Assembly: GCA_963812135.1 (NCBI GenBank)
Contig: CAWETU010000001.1
Coordinates: 768,001 to 832,000, forward strand
Reading direction: 5' to 3'
DNA length: 64,000 bases
Origin: Vulcanimicrobiota bacterium
GTDB taxonomy: Bacteria; Vulcanimicrobiota; Vulcanimicrobiia; Eremiobacterales; Eremiobacteraceae
The notes under the pieces were generated by a model. It was not told the origin of the DNA and did no database searches. It saw nothing but the letters and a program-made list of their open reading frames with translations. Both the position numbers and the translations under genes were made by a program. The first letter of the stretch is position 1. Every line of letters starts with the position of its first letter. Of this stretch, positions 18,599 through 29,404 are shown piece by piece.

Positions 18599-19213
18599 TT
18601 ACTCGACCGAGCGGGCGGCCTCGACGATCAACTTCGCAGCCGCTTCGATCCCGAATCGAGCGGTGTTGACGACGAGGTCGTAGTGGCGCGGATCGCGCCA
18701 ATCGACGACGTTGTAGAATTCCTTGAAATACTCGCCCCGGTGCTGATCCGACTTGCGCAGCTCTTTGAGCGCCTCGTCCGCCGATAAGCCCAGTCGCCGC
18801 TCTATCCGCGCGACGCGATCCGCCTGCGGCGCAGTGACGAAGACGCGCACCACGTCGGTCCGGTCTTTGAGCAGTATCGGCGCGCCGCGGCCGATCACCA
18901 CGAGCGACTCGCTCGCCGCGCGCTCTTTGATGATGGTCTCGGTGAGCTCAACGAGACGCTCTTCAGACCAGTCAGGCAGGCCTTGGGACGAGAGCGACTC
19001 GGGATACGCTGCGGTGATGCCGCGCAGCACGCGATCGGTGAAGCTTTCGGGCTGCTCGTCGCGCTCGGCGACGTACGACGCCGGCGCGCCGATGCGTTGC
19101 GCGACGAGATTGACGATCTCGTTGTCGAGCAGCGGGATGCGCAGCGCGGCCGCGACTGCATCGCCGACGCTGCGGCCGCCGGCGCCCAGCTCGCGCGCGA
19201 TGGCGACGATCAC
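18599..19213 (-). CDS. Cytidylate kinase-like family protein
   Basis: IVAIARELGAGGRSVG, VVIGRGA, DWRDPRHYDLVVNT; GTG 19213 overlaps the upstream stop. Confidence 0.85.
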   Translation of the reverse strand: MIVAIARELGAGGRSVGDAVAAALRIPLLDNEIVNLVAQRIGAPASYVAERDEQPESFTDRVLRGITAAYPESLSSQGLPDWSEERLVELTETIIKERAASESLVVIGRGAPILLKDRTDVVRVFVTAPQADRVARIERRLGLSADEALKELRKSDQHRGEYFKEFYNVVDWRDPRHYDLVVNTARFGIEAAAKLIVEAARSVE

Positions 19214-19488
19214 GGCGCGTGCGCGAGCAGTTTGCCGCCTTCGCGTTTCATGGCGTCGATCGCGACGCGCCGCTCGATCTTCGCGCGCGACACATCGAGC
19301 GAGACGATCCAACGCAGATCGTCGCGCTGATTGTCGCCGGGCCGCGGCGCGCGCGGTTGTCCGCCGGGCGGCACGGCGAATACGCCGATCGCATCCGGCT
19401 CGATGCCCTGATTGCGAAACCAGTCGATCGCGGCGGTGGCGTACCGCATCTGTGGGAACTCGGCGACGACGACCTGCGATTGTGCCAT
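19210..19488 (-). CDS. Hypothetical protein
   Basis: MAQSQVVVAEFPQMRYATAAIDWFRNQG...; GGGAG SD; coupled to the downstream gene. Confidence 0.65.
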   Translation of the reverse strand: MAQSQVVVAEFPQMRYATAAIDWFRNQGIEPDAIGVFAVPPGGQPRAPRPGDNQRDDLRWIVSLDVSRAKIERRVAIDAMKREGGKLLAHAP

Positions 19489-19573
19489 ATGTCGGCGCTC
19501 CCATTTCGCACGGGCGGGACCCCGCCCTCCGCTCCGATAATGTAGTCCCGCCCTCTTGAGGGCGGGAGAGGAT

Positions 19574-21025
19574 ATGGCAGGCAAGACGCCCATCACGGTC
19601 GCGTACGGCGACGGAATCGGTCCGGAGATCATGAACGCGACGCTCGACGTGCTCAAAGCGGCGGGCGCGCAAATCGAGCTCGACGTCATCGAGATCGGCG
19701 AGAAGGTCTATCTCGCAGGCAATCCTGCCGGCATCGCTCCCGAGGCGTGGGAATCGCTGCGCCGCACCAAAGTCTTCCTCAAAGCGCCCATCACGACGCC
19801 GCAAGGCGGCGGCTACAAGAGCCTCAACGTCACGACGCGCACCGCGCTCGGCCTGTACGCCAACGTGCGCCCGTGCGTCTCGTACGCCCCGTACGTGAAG
19901 ACCAAGCATCCGGTGATGGATGTCGTGATCGTGCGTGAGAACGAAGAAGACGTCTACGGCGGCATCGAGTACCAACAGACGCACCAGATGACGCAGGCGC
20001 TCAAGCTCATCTCGCGGCCGGGCAGCGAGCGCATCGTGCGCTACGCATTCGAGTACGCACGCCGCAACGATCGCAAGAAAGTCACCTGTTTCACCAAAGA
20101 CAACATCCTCAAACTGACCGACGGGCTGTTCCACAAGATCTTCGAAGCGGTCGCCAAAGAGTATCCGGAGATCGAGCACGAGCATTGGATCGTCGACATC
20201 GGCGCGGCCAAACTCGCCGACACGCCTGAAGCGTTCGACGTGCTCGTCCTGCCGAATCTGTACGGCGACATCCTCTCCGACGTCGCCGCGCAGATCACGG
20301 GTTCTGTTGGCCTCGCCGGCTCGGCGAACATCGGCGAGGTCTGCTCGATGTTCGAGGCGATTCACGGCTCGGCGCCGCGGCGCGCGGGGCAAAACGTCGC
20401 CAACCCCTCGGGCCTGATGCTCGCGGCGGTGATGATGTTGGTGCACATCCGCCAGACCGATGTGGCGACAAAAATGCACAACGCGTGGCTGCGCACGATC
20501 GAAGACGGCATCCACACGTATGACATCTATCGCGAAGGCACCAGCAAGCAGAAAGTCGGCACGCGTGAGTTCGCGCAGGCGGTGGTCGAGCGGCTCGGGC
20601 AAAAGCCGCAACACCTCAAGGTTGTCTCATACAAAGACGTTCCAACGGAGAAGTCTCCGGCGTTCGCCGCGATGGCGACGGACAAACGGAAAAAGGCGCA
20701 GGTCGGCGTCGACGTCTATCTCGATTGGTCCAAGGGCACGCCGGATGATCTTGCCGCGACGCTCGCGCCGGCCGCCGGACAAGAGCTCGAACTCAAAGCG
20801 ATACTCAACCGCGGCACGCGTGTGTGGCCTAAAGGCTTCCCCGAGACATTGTGCACCGACCAGTGGCGCTGCCGTTTCGTCGCGCGATCGGGCGGCGAGG
20901 TCTCGCACCGTCAGATCATCGAGCTGCTGGGACGAATCGCGGGTGCTGGATTCGATTTCATCCAGACCGAGGCGCTCTGCACGTTCGACGGCGAGGCCGC
21001 ATTCTCGGGAATCCCGGGCGAGTAG
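19574..21025 (+). CDS. icd: NADP-dependent isocitrate dehydrogenase
   Basis: GDGIGPEI, KAPITTPQGGGYKSLNVT, LPNLYGDILSD, FEAIHGSAP, C-terminal extension NRGTRVWP. Confidence 0.93.
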   Translation: MAGKTPITVAYGDGIGPEIMNATLDVLKAAGAQIELDVIEIGEKVYLAGNPAGIAPEAWESLRRTKVFLKAPITTPQGGGYKSLNVTTRTALGLYANVRPCVSYAPYVKTKHPVMDVVIVRENEEDVYGGIEYQQTHQMTQALKLISRPGSERIVRYAFEYARRNDRKKVTCFTKDNILKLTDGLFHKIFEAVAKEYPEIEHEHWIVDIGAAKLADTPEAFDVLVLPNLYGDILSDVAAQITGSVGLAGSANIGEVCSMFEAIHGSAPRRAGQNVANPSGLMLAAVMMLVHIRQTDVATKMHNAWLRTIEDGIHTYDIYREGTSKQKVGTREFAQAVVERLGQKPQHLKVVSYKDVPTEKSPAFAAMATDKRKKAQVGVDVYLDWSKGTPDDLAATLAPAAGQELELKAILNRGTRVWPKGFPETLCTDQWRCRFVARSGGEVSHRQIIELLGRIAGAGFDFIQTEALCTFDGEAAFSGIPGE

Positions 21026-21026
21026 C

Positions 21027-21773
21027 CTACTTCAAACGATAGCCGATTCCGACGTACGGCCCGTCGCGCACGAAATTGAACGTGCCCGTGCGCCGCACGT
21101 TCGTCGTCTGATAGTATCCCAACACGAGACTCAAGTCGGTTTTGGGAAATGCCAGCGACCCGCCGACATCGAGTTCGTTGGCGGAGAACTCCGAGTGGGC
21201 GGAGCCGCTGTTCGGGTTGTTCGGATCCGCGAGCGGATAGGTGCCTGACTGATTCGGGAAATAGAAGAACGAAGCGTACGGGCTGATCAGTTTTTGCGGA
21301 TTCGGCTGCAACTCGGCCCCGATGCCCAGTGCGGTGAGGCGCGGGAAGTTGTAGTTGTTAAACGAGTTGGAATACGCGAATCCGAAATAGACCGGCAGAT
21401 GCAGAGGTTGGTACTCGAGACGGAACTCTGACTCCGCGTCGGTCGCGGTGAACGCCGGCACGATGACCGTGCCTGCGGGATAATTGAGCGCCGTGCCAGG
21501 GCCACCCGACGGCGTCGTCGCGTTCACCAAGCTTCTCGAAAGATCGCTGTGATAGCTGTATTGTGCGGTAAAGCGGCCGTAGTCGATACGCACCTTCGCG
21601 GCGTACGAACCGGCCAGGTTATCGCCATCGTCGGTCGTGACGCCGTTGTACGTATCGCCGTACAGGGGCGTGTATTGGAGATACGAGGACGGCGATAACG
21701 CGTTCGCCGCTTGCGCCGGCAGCGCGCAGAGCGTCATCAATAGCACGAAAAGCAGAGCGGCGTTCAAACGCAT
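21027..21773 (-). CDS. Secreted, probable outer-membrane beta-barrel protein
   Basis: Signal peptide MRLNAALLFVLLMTLCALPAQA; aromatic-rich alternating strands; ends GPYVGIGYRLK. Confidence 0.65.
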   Translation of the reverse strand: MRLNAALLFVLLMTLCALPAQAANALSPSSYLQYTPLYGDTYNGVTTDDGDNLAGSYAAKVRIDYGRFTAQYSYHSDLSRSLVNATTPSGGPGTALNYPAGTVIVPAFTATDAESEFRLEYQPLHLPVYFGFAYSNSFNNYNFPRLTALGIGAELQPNPQKLISPYASFFYFPNQSGTYPLADPNNPNSGSAHSEFSANELDVGGSLAFPKTDLSLVLGYYQTTNVRRTGTFNFVRDGPYVGIGYRLK

Positions 21774-21867
21774 GACTTGACCGACGTTTGGTTCGCCGCT
21801 CACATGAATCCTTGGGACAAACGGCGCGGGATAGGCGCGCATGCGACTCATGACGAAACCCGGCATT

Positions 21868-24638
21868 ATGGCGAGCATCGATACGTTCAAGAGCAATGCG
21901 GCGCTCGACGTCGATGGCAAGCGCTCGACCTATTACCGGCTCGGCGCGCTGAGCGACGCCGGCGTCGGACACGTCGACAAGCTGCCGTTCTCCCTCAAAG
22001 TGCTGCTCGAGAACATGCTGCGCTTCGAAGATGGACGCTCGGTGACCAAAGAGCACATCGAAGCGCTCGCCTCGTGGGATCCGAAACGCCCGTCCGACCG
22101 CGAGATCGCCTTCCGGCCGGCGCGCGTGCTGCTCCAAGACTTCACCGGCGTGCCCTGCGTCGTCGATCTTGCCGCCATGCGCGACGCGATGGCCGATCTC
22201 AAAGGTGACCCGAACAAGATCAACCCGCTGCAAGACGTCGAGCTCGTGATCGACCACTCGGTCCAAGTCGACGCATACGGATCGCTCAACGCGTTCCAGA
22301 TCAACGCGGACATGGAGTTCGCGCGCAATCGCGAGCGCTACCAGCTGCTCAAGTGGGCGCAAGAGGCGTTGCGCCGGTTCAAAGCATTGCCGCCGGATAC
22401 CGGCATCGTGCACCAGGTCAATCTCGAGTATCTCGCGCGCGTCGTGTTCAAAGAGGAGCAGAACGGCGAGTCGGTCGCGTATCCGGACACGCTCGTCGGC
22501 ACCGACTCGCACACCACGATGGTCAACGGGCTGGGCGTCTTGGGCTGGGGCGTCGGCGGCATCGAAGCCGAGGCAGCGATGCTCGGGCAGCCCGTCTCGA
22601 TGTTGATCCCAGAGGTGATCGGCTTCCGGCTCAGCGGCAGACTGCCCGAAGGCGCGACCGCGACCGACCTCGTGCTCACCGTGACGGAGATGCTGCGCAA
22701 GAAAGGCGTCGTCGGAAAATTCGTCGAGTTCTTCGGCGCAGGGCTGAGCAATCTCAGTCTGGCGGATCGCGCGACGATCGGCAACATGTCGCCAGAGTAC
22801 GGTTCTACCTGTGCGATCTTCCCAGTCGACGAGGAGACGCTCAAGTATCTGCGTCTCACCGGCCGCAGCGAGGCACACATCGCGCTCGTACGCGCGTACG
22901 CCCAAGCGCAAGGCATGTTCCGCACCGACGCAAACCAGCGACGCGCTGTACACCGACGTGCTCTCGCTCGACCTCGGCGACGTCGAGCCTAGCCTTGCCG
23001 GCCCTCGACGGCCGCAAGACCGCGTGCCGTTGCGCTCCGCCAAAGAGGCCTTCGACAAAGCGATGGCTGGATTCGCCGAAGGCCGGCTCCGCTCCGAAGA
23101 CGCCTGCGGTCGCCGCCGAACGGTGGGCGGAGGAAGGCGGCAGCGTGCTCACCGCGCAGCAGGCGCGCCGCCGCGCACATTACACGGGCCCCAACGGCGA
23201 AGAGGCCGAGCTGTGCGACGGATCGGTCGTCATCGCCGCGATCACGAGTTGCACGAACACGTCGAACCCGAATGTGATGGTTGGCGCCGGTCTGCTCGCG
23301 AAGAAAGCTGTTGAGCGCGGGCTCGCGTCGCAGCCCTGGGTGAAGACCAGCCTCGCGCCCGGCTCGAAAGTCGTCACCGACTATCTGCAAAAAGCCGGCC
23401 TGACGCCGTATCTCGAGCAGCTCGGTTTCTATCTCGTCGGCTACGGCTGCACCACATGCATCGGCAACAGCGGACCGCTCGCCGAGCCTATCAGCAACAC
23501 GATCACCGACCACGATCTGGTCGTGTGCGCGGTGCTGTCGGGCAACCGCAATTTCGAAGGCCGCATCCACCCGCTCGTGCGCGCGAACTACCTCGCGTCG
23601 CCGCCATTGGTCGTCGCGTACGCGCTCGCGGGCACGATGGAGATCGATCTTCTCAACGAGCCGCTCGGCCGCGACGCCGGCGGCACGCCCGTCTACCTGC
23701 GCGACATATGGCCGTCGTCGGCCGAGATCAATGCGACCGTGGCGGCGTGCGTGGCCGACGCGATGTTCAAACGCCAGTACGCCGACGCGTTCGGCGGCGA
23801 CGAGCGCTGGAAATCGCTCCACGTCCCCGAGGGCGAGCGTTTCGCGTGGGATCCAAACTCGACGTACGTGCGCAAGCCGCCGTTCTTCGACGGCGTCAAC
23901 GCACAGCCGCCGCCGTTGCGCGATATCAAAGGCGCTCGCGTGCTCGCCCTGCTCGGCGATAGCGTGACGACGGATCACATCTCGCCTGCCGGCAACATCG
24001 CGAAGAACAGCCCCGCGGGCAAGTATCTCATCGCGCATGGCGTCGAGCCGCTGGATTTCAATTCGTATGGCGCGCGCCGAGGCAATCACGAGGTGATGGT
24101 GCGCGGCACGTTCGCCAACGTCCGGCTGCGCAATCTCCTTGCGCCCGGCACTGAGGGTGGCGTCACGCGGCACTTGCCCGACGGCAAAGAGATGACGATT
24201 TACGACGCTGCCATGCAATACGAGCGCGAAGGCACACCGCTCATCGTCATCGCCGGCAAAGAGTACGGTTCGGGTTCGTCGCGCGACTGGGCCGCGAAAG
24301 GGCCACGCTTGCTCGGCGTGCGCGCGGCGATCGCTGAGAGCTTCGAGCGCATCCACCGGAGCAACCTGATCGGCATGGGCGTGCTGCCGTTGCAGTTCGA
24401 AGCCGGCCAATCGGCCGCGTCGCTCGGGCTCACCGGCGAGGAGCTCTACACGATCGAGGGCATCTCAGACGGGATGAGCGTCGGCAAGCAGTTCAGCGTG
24501 CGAGCCACCGCGCCCGACGGAACCCACACGACGTTCAAGGTAAAGGTCAGGATCGACACGCCGGACGAGGTCGAGTACTACCGGAACGATGGCATCCTTC
24601 CATATGTCTTGCGGCAATTGCACGCCGCCAAGGGCTAG
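21868..24638 (+). CDS. acnA: Aconitate hydratase A, interrupted by two +1 frameshifts (~22933, ~23077; probably sequencing errors)
   Basis: [24 protein letters not shown] in one frame; [17 protein letters not shown] in the next; [37 protein letters not shown] in the third. Confidence 0.93.
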
Positions 24639-24667
24639 CCGTCCGGGACAACGAACCCCGCCAACGC

Positions 24668-25084
24668 ATGTTCGTCAGGTGGTCCCTCGCGCTCGCCATC
24701 ATTTTAGTCACCCTCGCAGCCGCGGCGCCAGCGACCCGAGCATCAGCCTGCGTGGTCACGCAGGGCGACCGCATCGTGCTTGCCGGGCAAAGTCTCGACC
24801 CGGACGTGTTCGTTTGGGATTCGGCCCAACGTCTCACTTCGTACCTCGAGGGCGATTACACGACGGAGCTTGTCCTGCGCCACACAATGCTCGCCTCTCC
24901 CGGGACAAAAGCGATCGCCGTCGGTTGCAAGGAGGGGGCGGCCAAACCGCAATATGCAAAGTCAAATCTCGACCTCGTCGGCGTGAAGCTTGTCGAGGGG
25001 CCGAATCGGGGACGCTACGGCTGGGTCGTGGCGGACGATGTCCACCGGCCCGACGGCAAACCGGTCACCCCGCCTACACCGTAA
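24668..25084 (+). CDS. Secreted hypothetical protein
   Basis: Signal peptide followed by a globular domain; fills the gap between acnA and the ABC permease. Confidence 0.7.
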   Translation: MFVRWSLALAIILVTLAAAAPATRASACVVTQGDRIVLAGQSLDPDVFVWDSAQRLTSYLEGDYTTELVLRHTMLASPGTKAIAVGCKEGAAKPQYAKSNLDLVGVKLVEGPNRGRYGWVVADDVHRPDGKPVTPPTP

Positions 25085-25099
25085 TACAATAGATACGAC

Positions 25100-26083
25100 A
25101 TGCTGACATACGCCATCCGCCGCACCTTACAAGCCATCCCGCTCTTGCTGCTGATAAGCATGGTGTTATTTGCTATTTTGCACGCGATGCCGGGTGGCGG
25201 GCTCGCCGCGTACGCCGGCAATCCGCACCTCACCGCGGCCGACATCGCGCGTCTGCAGCACAATCTCGGCCTGGACCGGCCGGTGTACATCCAGTACCTG
25301 AGCTGGTTGGGGAAGGTGTTGCACGGCGATTGGGGATGGTCGAATCTCAATTCGACCACGGTCGTCGAGGCGTTCGCGGAGCGCCTGCCGGCGACGCTCA
25401 CGCTGATGGTGACGTCCTTCATTATCTCGCTCTTCATCGGCTTGACGCTCGGCATCCTCGCCGCGATCCGGCCGTATTCGACGCTCGACTACTTCGTGAC
25501 GACCTTCGCGTTCTTCGGACAGTCGATGCCATCGTTCTTCTTCGCGCTGATCCTGCAGCTGCTGTTCTGCGTGCACGGCATCCACCTCCAAGCGTTCGGC
25601 TACGCGCTCAACATCCAGCTGCCATCGGCCGGCATGACATCGACGGATGGCGGCGACATCCTCGATCGCATCTCGCACCTCATCCTGCCCGTGACCGTGC
25701 TGACGCTGTTGCAGGTCGCGACGTGGTCGCGGTTCACGCGCGCCTCGATGCAAGAGGTGCTGCACACCGACTACATGCGCACCGCGGCCGCCAAGGGTCT
25801 CCCGTTTATGACGATTTTGCTCAAGCACGGCCTGAAGAACGGATTGATGCCGGTGGTCACCATCATCGCGCTCACCATTCCGTTCCTGATCGGCGGCGCG
25901 ATCGTGACCGAGCAGATCTTCGCGTGGCCGGGCATGGGGCGCTTGTTCATCACCGCGCTCGGGCAACAAGACTTCGGCCTGCTGATGGGTTACTTGGTCA
26001 TCATCTCGATCTTGGTGGTCCTCTTCAACTTGCTCGCGGATCTGGCGTATGGCTGGCTCGACCCGCGCGTGAAGTACGACTAG
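25100..26083 (+). CDS. Peptide/nickel ABC transporter permease (OppB/DppB family)
   Basis: LGLDRPVYIQYLSWL, DYMRTAAAKGL, EQIFAWPGMG, LDPRV. Confidence 0.93.
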   Translation: MLTYAIRRTLQAIPLLLLISMVLFAILHAMPGGGLAAYAGNPHLTAADIARLQHNLGLDRPVYIQYLSWLGKVLHGDWGWSNLNSTTVVEAFAERLPATLTLMVTSFIISLFIGLTLGILAAIRPYSTLDYFVTTFAFFGQSMPSFFFALILQLLFCVHGIHLQAFGYALNIQLPSAGMTSTDGGDILDRISHLILPVTVLTLLQVATWSRFTRASMQEVLHTDYMRTAAAKGLPFMTILLKHGLKNGLMPVVTIIALTIPFLIGGAIVTEQIFAWPGMGRLFITALGQQDFGLLMGYLVIISILVVLFNLLADLAYGWLDPRVKYD

Positions 26084-26093
26084 GAGTCTGACA

Positions 26094-27011
26094 GTGGCCG
26101 TCGCGACCCAGACTCTGCCGCCGCTGATCCTCGAAGACGATTTCGTCTCACGGCGCAATCTCGTCTGGAAGAAATTCTCGCGACATCGCCCCGCGCTGAT
26201 CGGCGCGTGCGTGCTGCTGATCTTCGTGCTCGCCGCGATCCTCGCGAAATGGCTCGCGCCGTTCGACCCCGCCGCGATCGATCCGGTATGGCAGGGCACG
26301 CCGCTCGCACCGGGCGTGCACAACCATCTGCTCGGCTCGGACGAGCTCGGTCGGGACCTGCTGTCGCGGCTCATGTACGGCGGCCAGATCTCGCTCTCGC
26401 TGGCGGCCACCGCCATGCTCATCGAAGTCGTGCTCGGCACGATTCTCGGAGCGATCGCCGGCTATTTCGGCGGCTGGGTCGACTACGCCATCATGCGCGT
26501 CACCGATGTCTTCTTGTCCATCCCGCTGCTGCCGCTATTGCTGGTGCTCACCGGCATCGTCGCGGCGACGTCGGTCAAGGCGAACCTCGGATTCGTGTGG
26601 GTCGCCGTCATCATCGGCGTGCTGTCGTGGATGACCGTCGCGCGTCTCGTGCGCGGCGCGTTCTTGAGCCTGCGCGAAAAGGAATTCGCCGAGGCCGCGC
26701 GCGCGATCGGCAGCAAGAACATCTCGATCATGTTCAAGCATCTGCTGCCCAACACGGTCGCGCCGATCATCGTGCAGGCGACGCTCGACGTCGCCGGCAT
26801 CATCATCCTCGAGTCGACGCTGTCGTTCTTGGGCTTCGGCGTCCAGCCGCCGACCGCGTCGTGGGGTAACATGCTCTCGAGCGCGCCGGAGAACATGCAG
26901 ATCGCGTGGTGGGCCGGCGTGTTCCCCGGTCTGTGCATCTTCTTGACGGTCTTGTCGATCAATTACATGGGCGACGGCTTGCGCGACGCGCTCGATCCAA
27001 ACGTCGAATAG
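26094..27011 (+). CDS. Peptide/nickel ABC transporter permease (OppC/DppC family)
   Basis: HLLGSDELGRDLLSRLMYG, EFAEAARAIG, HLLPN, GDGLRDALDP. Confidence 0.93.
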   Translation: MAVATQTLPPLILEDDFVSRRNLVWKKFSRHRPALIGACVLLIFVLAAILAKWLAPFDPAAIDPVWQGTPLAPGVHNHLLGSDELGRDLLSRLMYGGQISLSLAATAMLIEVVLGTILGAIAGYFGGWVDYAIMRVTDVFLSIPLLPLLLVLTGIVAATSVKANLGFVWVAVIIGVLSWMTVARLVRGAFLSLREKEFAEAARAIGSKNISIMFKHLLPNTVAPIIVQATLDVAGIIILESTLSFLGFGVQPPTASWGNMLSSAPENMQIAWWAGVFPGLCIFLTVLSINYMGDGLRDALDPNVE

Positions 27012-27023
27012 CACGCTTCGGCC

Positions 27024-27052
27024 TTGACGGCGCGGGCCGCGTAGCGTATAAA
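27024..27052 (+). promoter_or_regulatory. Sigma-70 promoter for tRNA-Leu
   Basis: TTGACG-N17-TATAAA ending 12 nt upstream of the tRNA. Confidence 0.65.
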
Positions 27053-27064
27053 TGTCTGGTGCCC

Positions 27065-27151
27065 GCCCAGGTGGCGGAATTGGTAGACGCGCTAGTTTGA
27101 GGGGCTAGTCGGGTAAAACCGGTGCAGGTTCGAGTCCTGTCCTGGGCACCA
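27065..27151 (+). tRNA. tRNA-Leu (anticodon GAG)
   Basis: GCCCAGG/CCTGGGC acceptor stem, GGAATTGGTAGAC D-loop, CTAGT-TTGAGGG-GCTAG anticodon arm, long variable arm, GTTCGAGTC T-loop, encoded CCA. Confidence 0.97.
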
Positions 27152-27165
27152 TTGGAGGATGACGC

Positions 27166-28116
27166 GTGAAGTGGGCGATCGGCGTGGATCTCGGCGGCAC
27201 GCACGTGGCCGCAGCGCCGGTCGACGAACGCGGCCGCATCCGTAATATCTATACTCGCGAGCTCGAATCGCACGACATCAAGTACGTCGTCGGCGAGGTC
27301 GCCAAAGTCGTCGACAAAGCCGTGGCTCTGCTCGGCAAACGCGACAAGTTCACGATCGGCGTCGGCTCGCCAGGTAACATCGAAGAGCGTACGGGCATCG
27401 TGCGCTGGTCGCCGAACTTCGGTTGGCAAGACGTGCCGCTGCGCGACAAGCTCGAGAAGAAGCTCGGCCATCCTGTCCGTCTGCTCAACGACGCGCGCTG
27501 CGCCACCATCGGCGAATATCTCTACGGCGTCGGCAAAGGCGCGCGCGACTTCGTGCTGATCACGCTCGGCACCGGCATCGGCGGCGGCATCGTCGCCAAC
27601 GGCAAACTGTTGCTGGGGCACGCGATGGGCGCGGGCGAGATGGGCCATCACGTCATCCGGGCCGACAGCGGGTTCACATGCACGTGCGGAAAGATCGGCT
27701 GCTTCGAAGCGCAAGCTTCGGGCACCGCGCTGTTGCGCCACGCGCTTGCGCTTGCGCCGTCGTTTCCGCGCAGCACGCTGCTCACCGGCACGCCGCAAGC
27801 GGACTGGGGATCGAAGATGATCTCGCGTGCCGCGGCGGCGGGCGATCTGCATGCCGTGGCGACTTGGAACGCATGGCTGCGCGATCTCGCGTGCGGCGTC
27901 GCGAACATCATCGCATTTCTCAATCCCGAAATCATCGCGCTTGGCGGCGGCGTCGGCCGCACGGACGACACGCTGTTAGCGCAGCCACTCACCAAACTCG
28001 TGGACGAACAGACTGTCACGGTGCCCAAACATCAGACGACGATCGTGCGCGCCAAACTCGGCAACGAAGCCGGCATCGTGGGCGCCGGCTCCATGGCGTT
28101 GCACGGAGTTCCCTAA
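27166..28116 (+). CDS. ROK family sugar kinase (glucokinase-like)
   Basis: GVDLGGT, LNDARCA, TLGTGIGGG, GEMGH, CTCGKIGCFE. Confidence 0.92.
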   Translation: MKWAIGVDLGGTHVAAAPVDERGRIRNIYTRELESHDIKYVVGEVAKVVDKAVALLGKRDKFTIGVGSPGNIEERTGIVRWSPNFGWQDVPLRDKLEKKLGHPVRLLNDARCATIGEYLYGVGKGARDFVLITLGTGIGGGIVANGKLLLGHAMGAGEMGHHVIRADSGFTCTCGKIGCFEAQASGTALLRHALALAPSFPRSTLLTGTPQADWGSKMISRAAAAGDLHAVATWNAWLRDLACGVANIIAFLNPEIIALGGGVGRTDDTLLAQPLTKLVDEQTVTVPKHQTTIVRAKLGNEAGIVGAGSMALHGVP

Positions 28117-28123
28117 GAGGTTC

Positions 28124-29311
28124 TTAGGAGACCGCGACCTTCGCGGGTGCGGGCAGCATGCTCGCCAACAGGCGCGCGATGTCTTCGGCCGCGTGGGGAC
28201 GAGCGCTTTCGAGCGCGCGCTGTCGGTAATCGCCTAACACTTTTGGATCGCGGAAGAATCGGCGCAACGTCGCGCTGACTTCAGGCGCCTCGAGCGCCAC
28301 TACGCCGGCGCCGCGCGACTCCACGTATGCCAAGTTGCCCGCTTCTTGGCCCGAGATGTAATCGCAGACGATGATCGGCAGGCCGCACGCCGCGGCCTCG
28401 GCGATCGTGCCGGGCCCCGCTTTGGAGAGCAGCACATCAGCGGCGCGCATGTAGTCCGCGATGTTGTCGACGAAGCCGAGGATTTTCGCATCCTCGCGGA
28501 AGCGCGGCGCCATCGCGATCAAGCGCTCGCGCAGGCCTTCGTTTCTGCCAGCGATGGCGACGACTTGCAGATTGAGCGCGCGCACCGTGCCGGCGATGCG
28601 CCGCAAGATGCTGCGCAGCCGCCCGCCGCCCTCGCCGCCGGACATCACGAGCAACGTGTGCCGCGCGGGATCGAGCCCGAGGGCGCGCTTGGCCTCGAGC
28701 CGGTCGCGCGGCGGCGAAAAACCGTCGCGGATAGGCAGGCCGAGATTGTGCACGCGCTCGGCCGGGATGCCGCGGCTCGTGCACACGCGCACGGCTTCAG
28801 CCGACGCGACGACGTATTGATCCGCGGATGCGTCGGCGGTCCACGCGTGGTGGATGGTCACGAGGTCGGTGATGACGGTGACCAGCGGCGCGCGGCTGCC
28901 GATCGCATTGATCGTCTCGCGCGCGAGTTCGTTGAGCAGCGGATGAACCGAGACGACCAGCGACGGATCCACGCGCTCAATGAGCTGGCGGAAGTTGCCG
29001 CGGATGAACGGCTTGCCGAGCTCGGTCATGATCCGCGCGCGCGTGCGTCCGTTTGAGAGATGGAACAGCGCCGGATAGGGACTCGGCTGGACGTTCAAGA
29101 GCGCACCGTAGCTCTTGATGCCTTCACGCAGCGGGAAGACGCCGCAAGCGGCAAACGCGTCGATCATCTCGGTGCGCACGCCGCCCGCCTCGAGCCGTTG
29201 GAGCGCGCTGTCGATCGCTTCGGCGGCAGTGCGATGCCCGCCGCCCGTGTCGGAGAACAAGAACAGCACGGAGGGTTGTTTGGACGAAGATCCGTCCTGC
29301 GCGGGAGGCAC
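28124..29311 (-). CDS. MGDG synthase/UgtP-like diacylglycerol glycosyltransferase (GT28)
   Basis: SDTGGGHRTAAEAI, VSVHP, TVITD, KAGPGTIAEA, GQEAGN; start approximate. Confidence 0.88.
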   Translation of the reverse strand: MPPAQDGSSSKQPSVLFLFSDTGGGHRTAAEAIDSALQRLEAGGVRTEMIDAFAACGVFPLREGIKSYGALLNVQPSPYPALFHLSNGRTRARIMTELGKPFIRGNFRQLIERVDPSLVVSVHPLLNELARETINAIGSRAPLVTVITDLVTIHHAWTADASADQYVVASAEAVRVCTSRGIPAERVHNLGLPIRDGFSPPRDRLEAKRALGLDPARHTLLVMSGGEGGGRLRSILRRIAGTVRALNLQVVAIAGRNEGLRERLIAMAPRFREDAKILGFVDNIADYMRAADVLLSKAGPGTIAEAAACGLPIIVCDYISGQEAGNLAYVESRGAGVVALEAPEVSATLRRFFRDPKVLGDYRQRALESARPHAAEDIARLLASMLPAPAKVAVS

Positions 29312-29404
29312 GATCAGTGCTTTCGCGTTGCGGCCTGTGCCGCCCCTGGGCGAGGTGGGCGCGGCCGCTCGCCAGAACTGAAGGGACGGCGTAAAGGAGA
29401 CACT

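Noticed and set aside
18599..20614. Long alternative or antisense ORFs (e.g. 671 aa here, 35643-37964, 43112-44077 extension, 57375-58526)
   Set aside because: Shadow frames of real genes in high-GC DNA, Arg/Ala-rich without motifs; only the 18599-19213 part of this ORF is a recognisable gene.
21868..24638. Programmed frameshifting or true pseudogene in acnA
   Set aside because: No slippery heptamer seen, all catalytic motifs intact, and the same +1 pattern recurs in four unrelated genes; sequencing error is more parsimonious.
27065..27151. tRNA as an island integration site
   Set aside because: No integrase and no duplicated tRNA 3' end noticed; the ROK gene follows within 15 nt.
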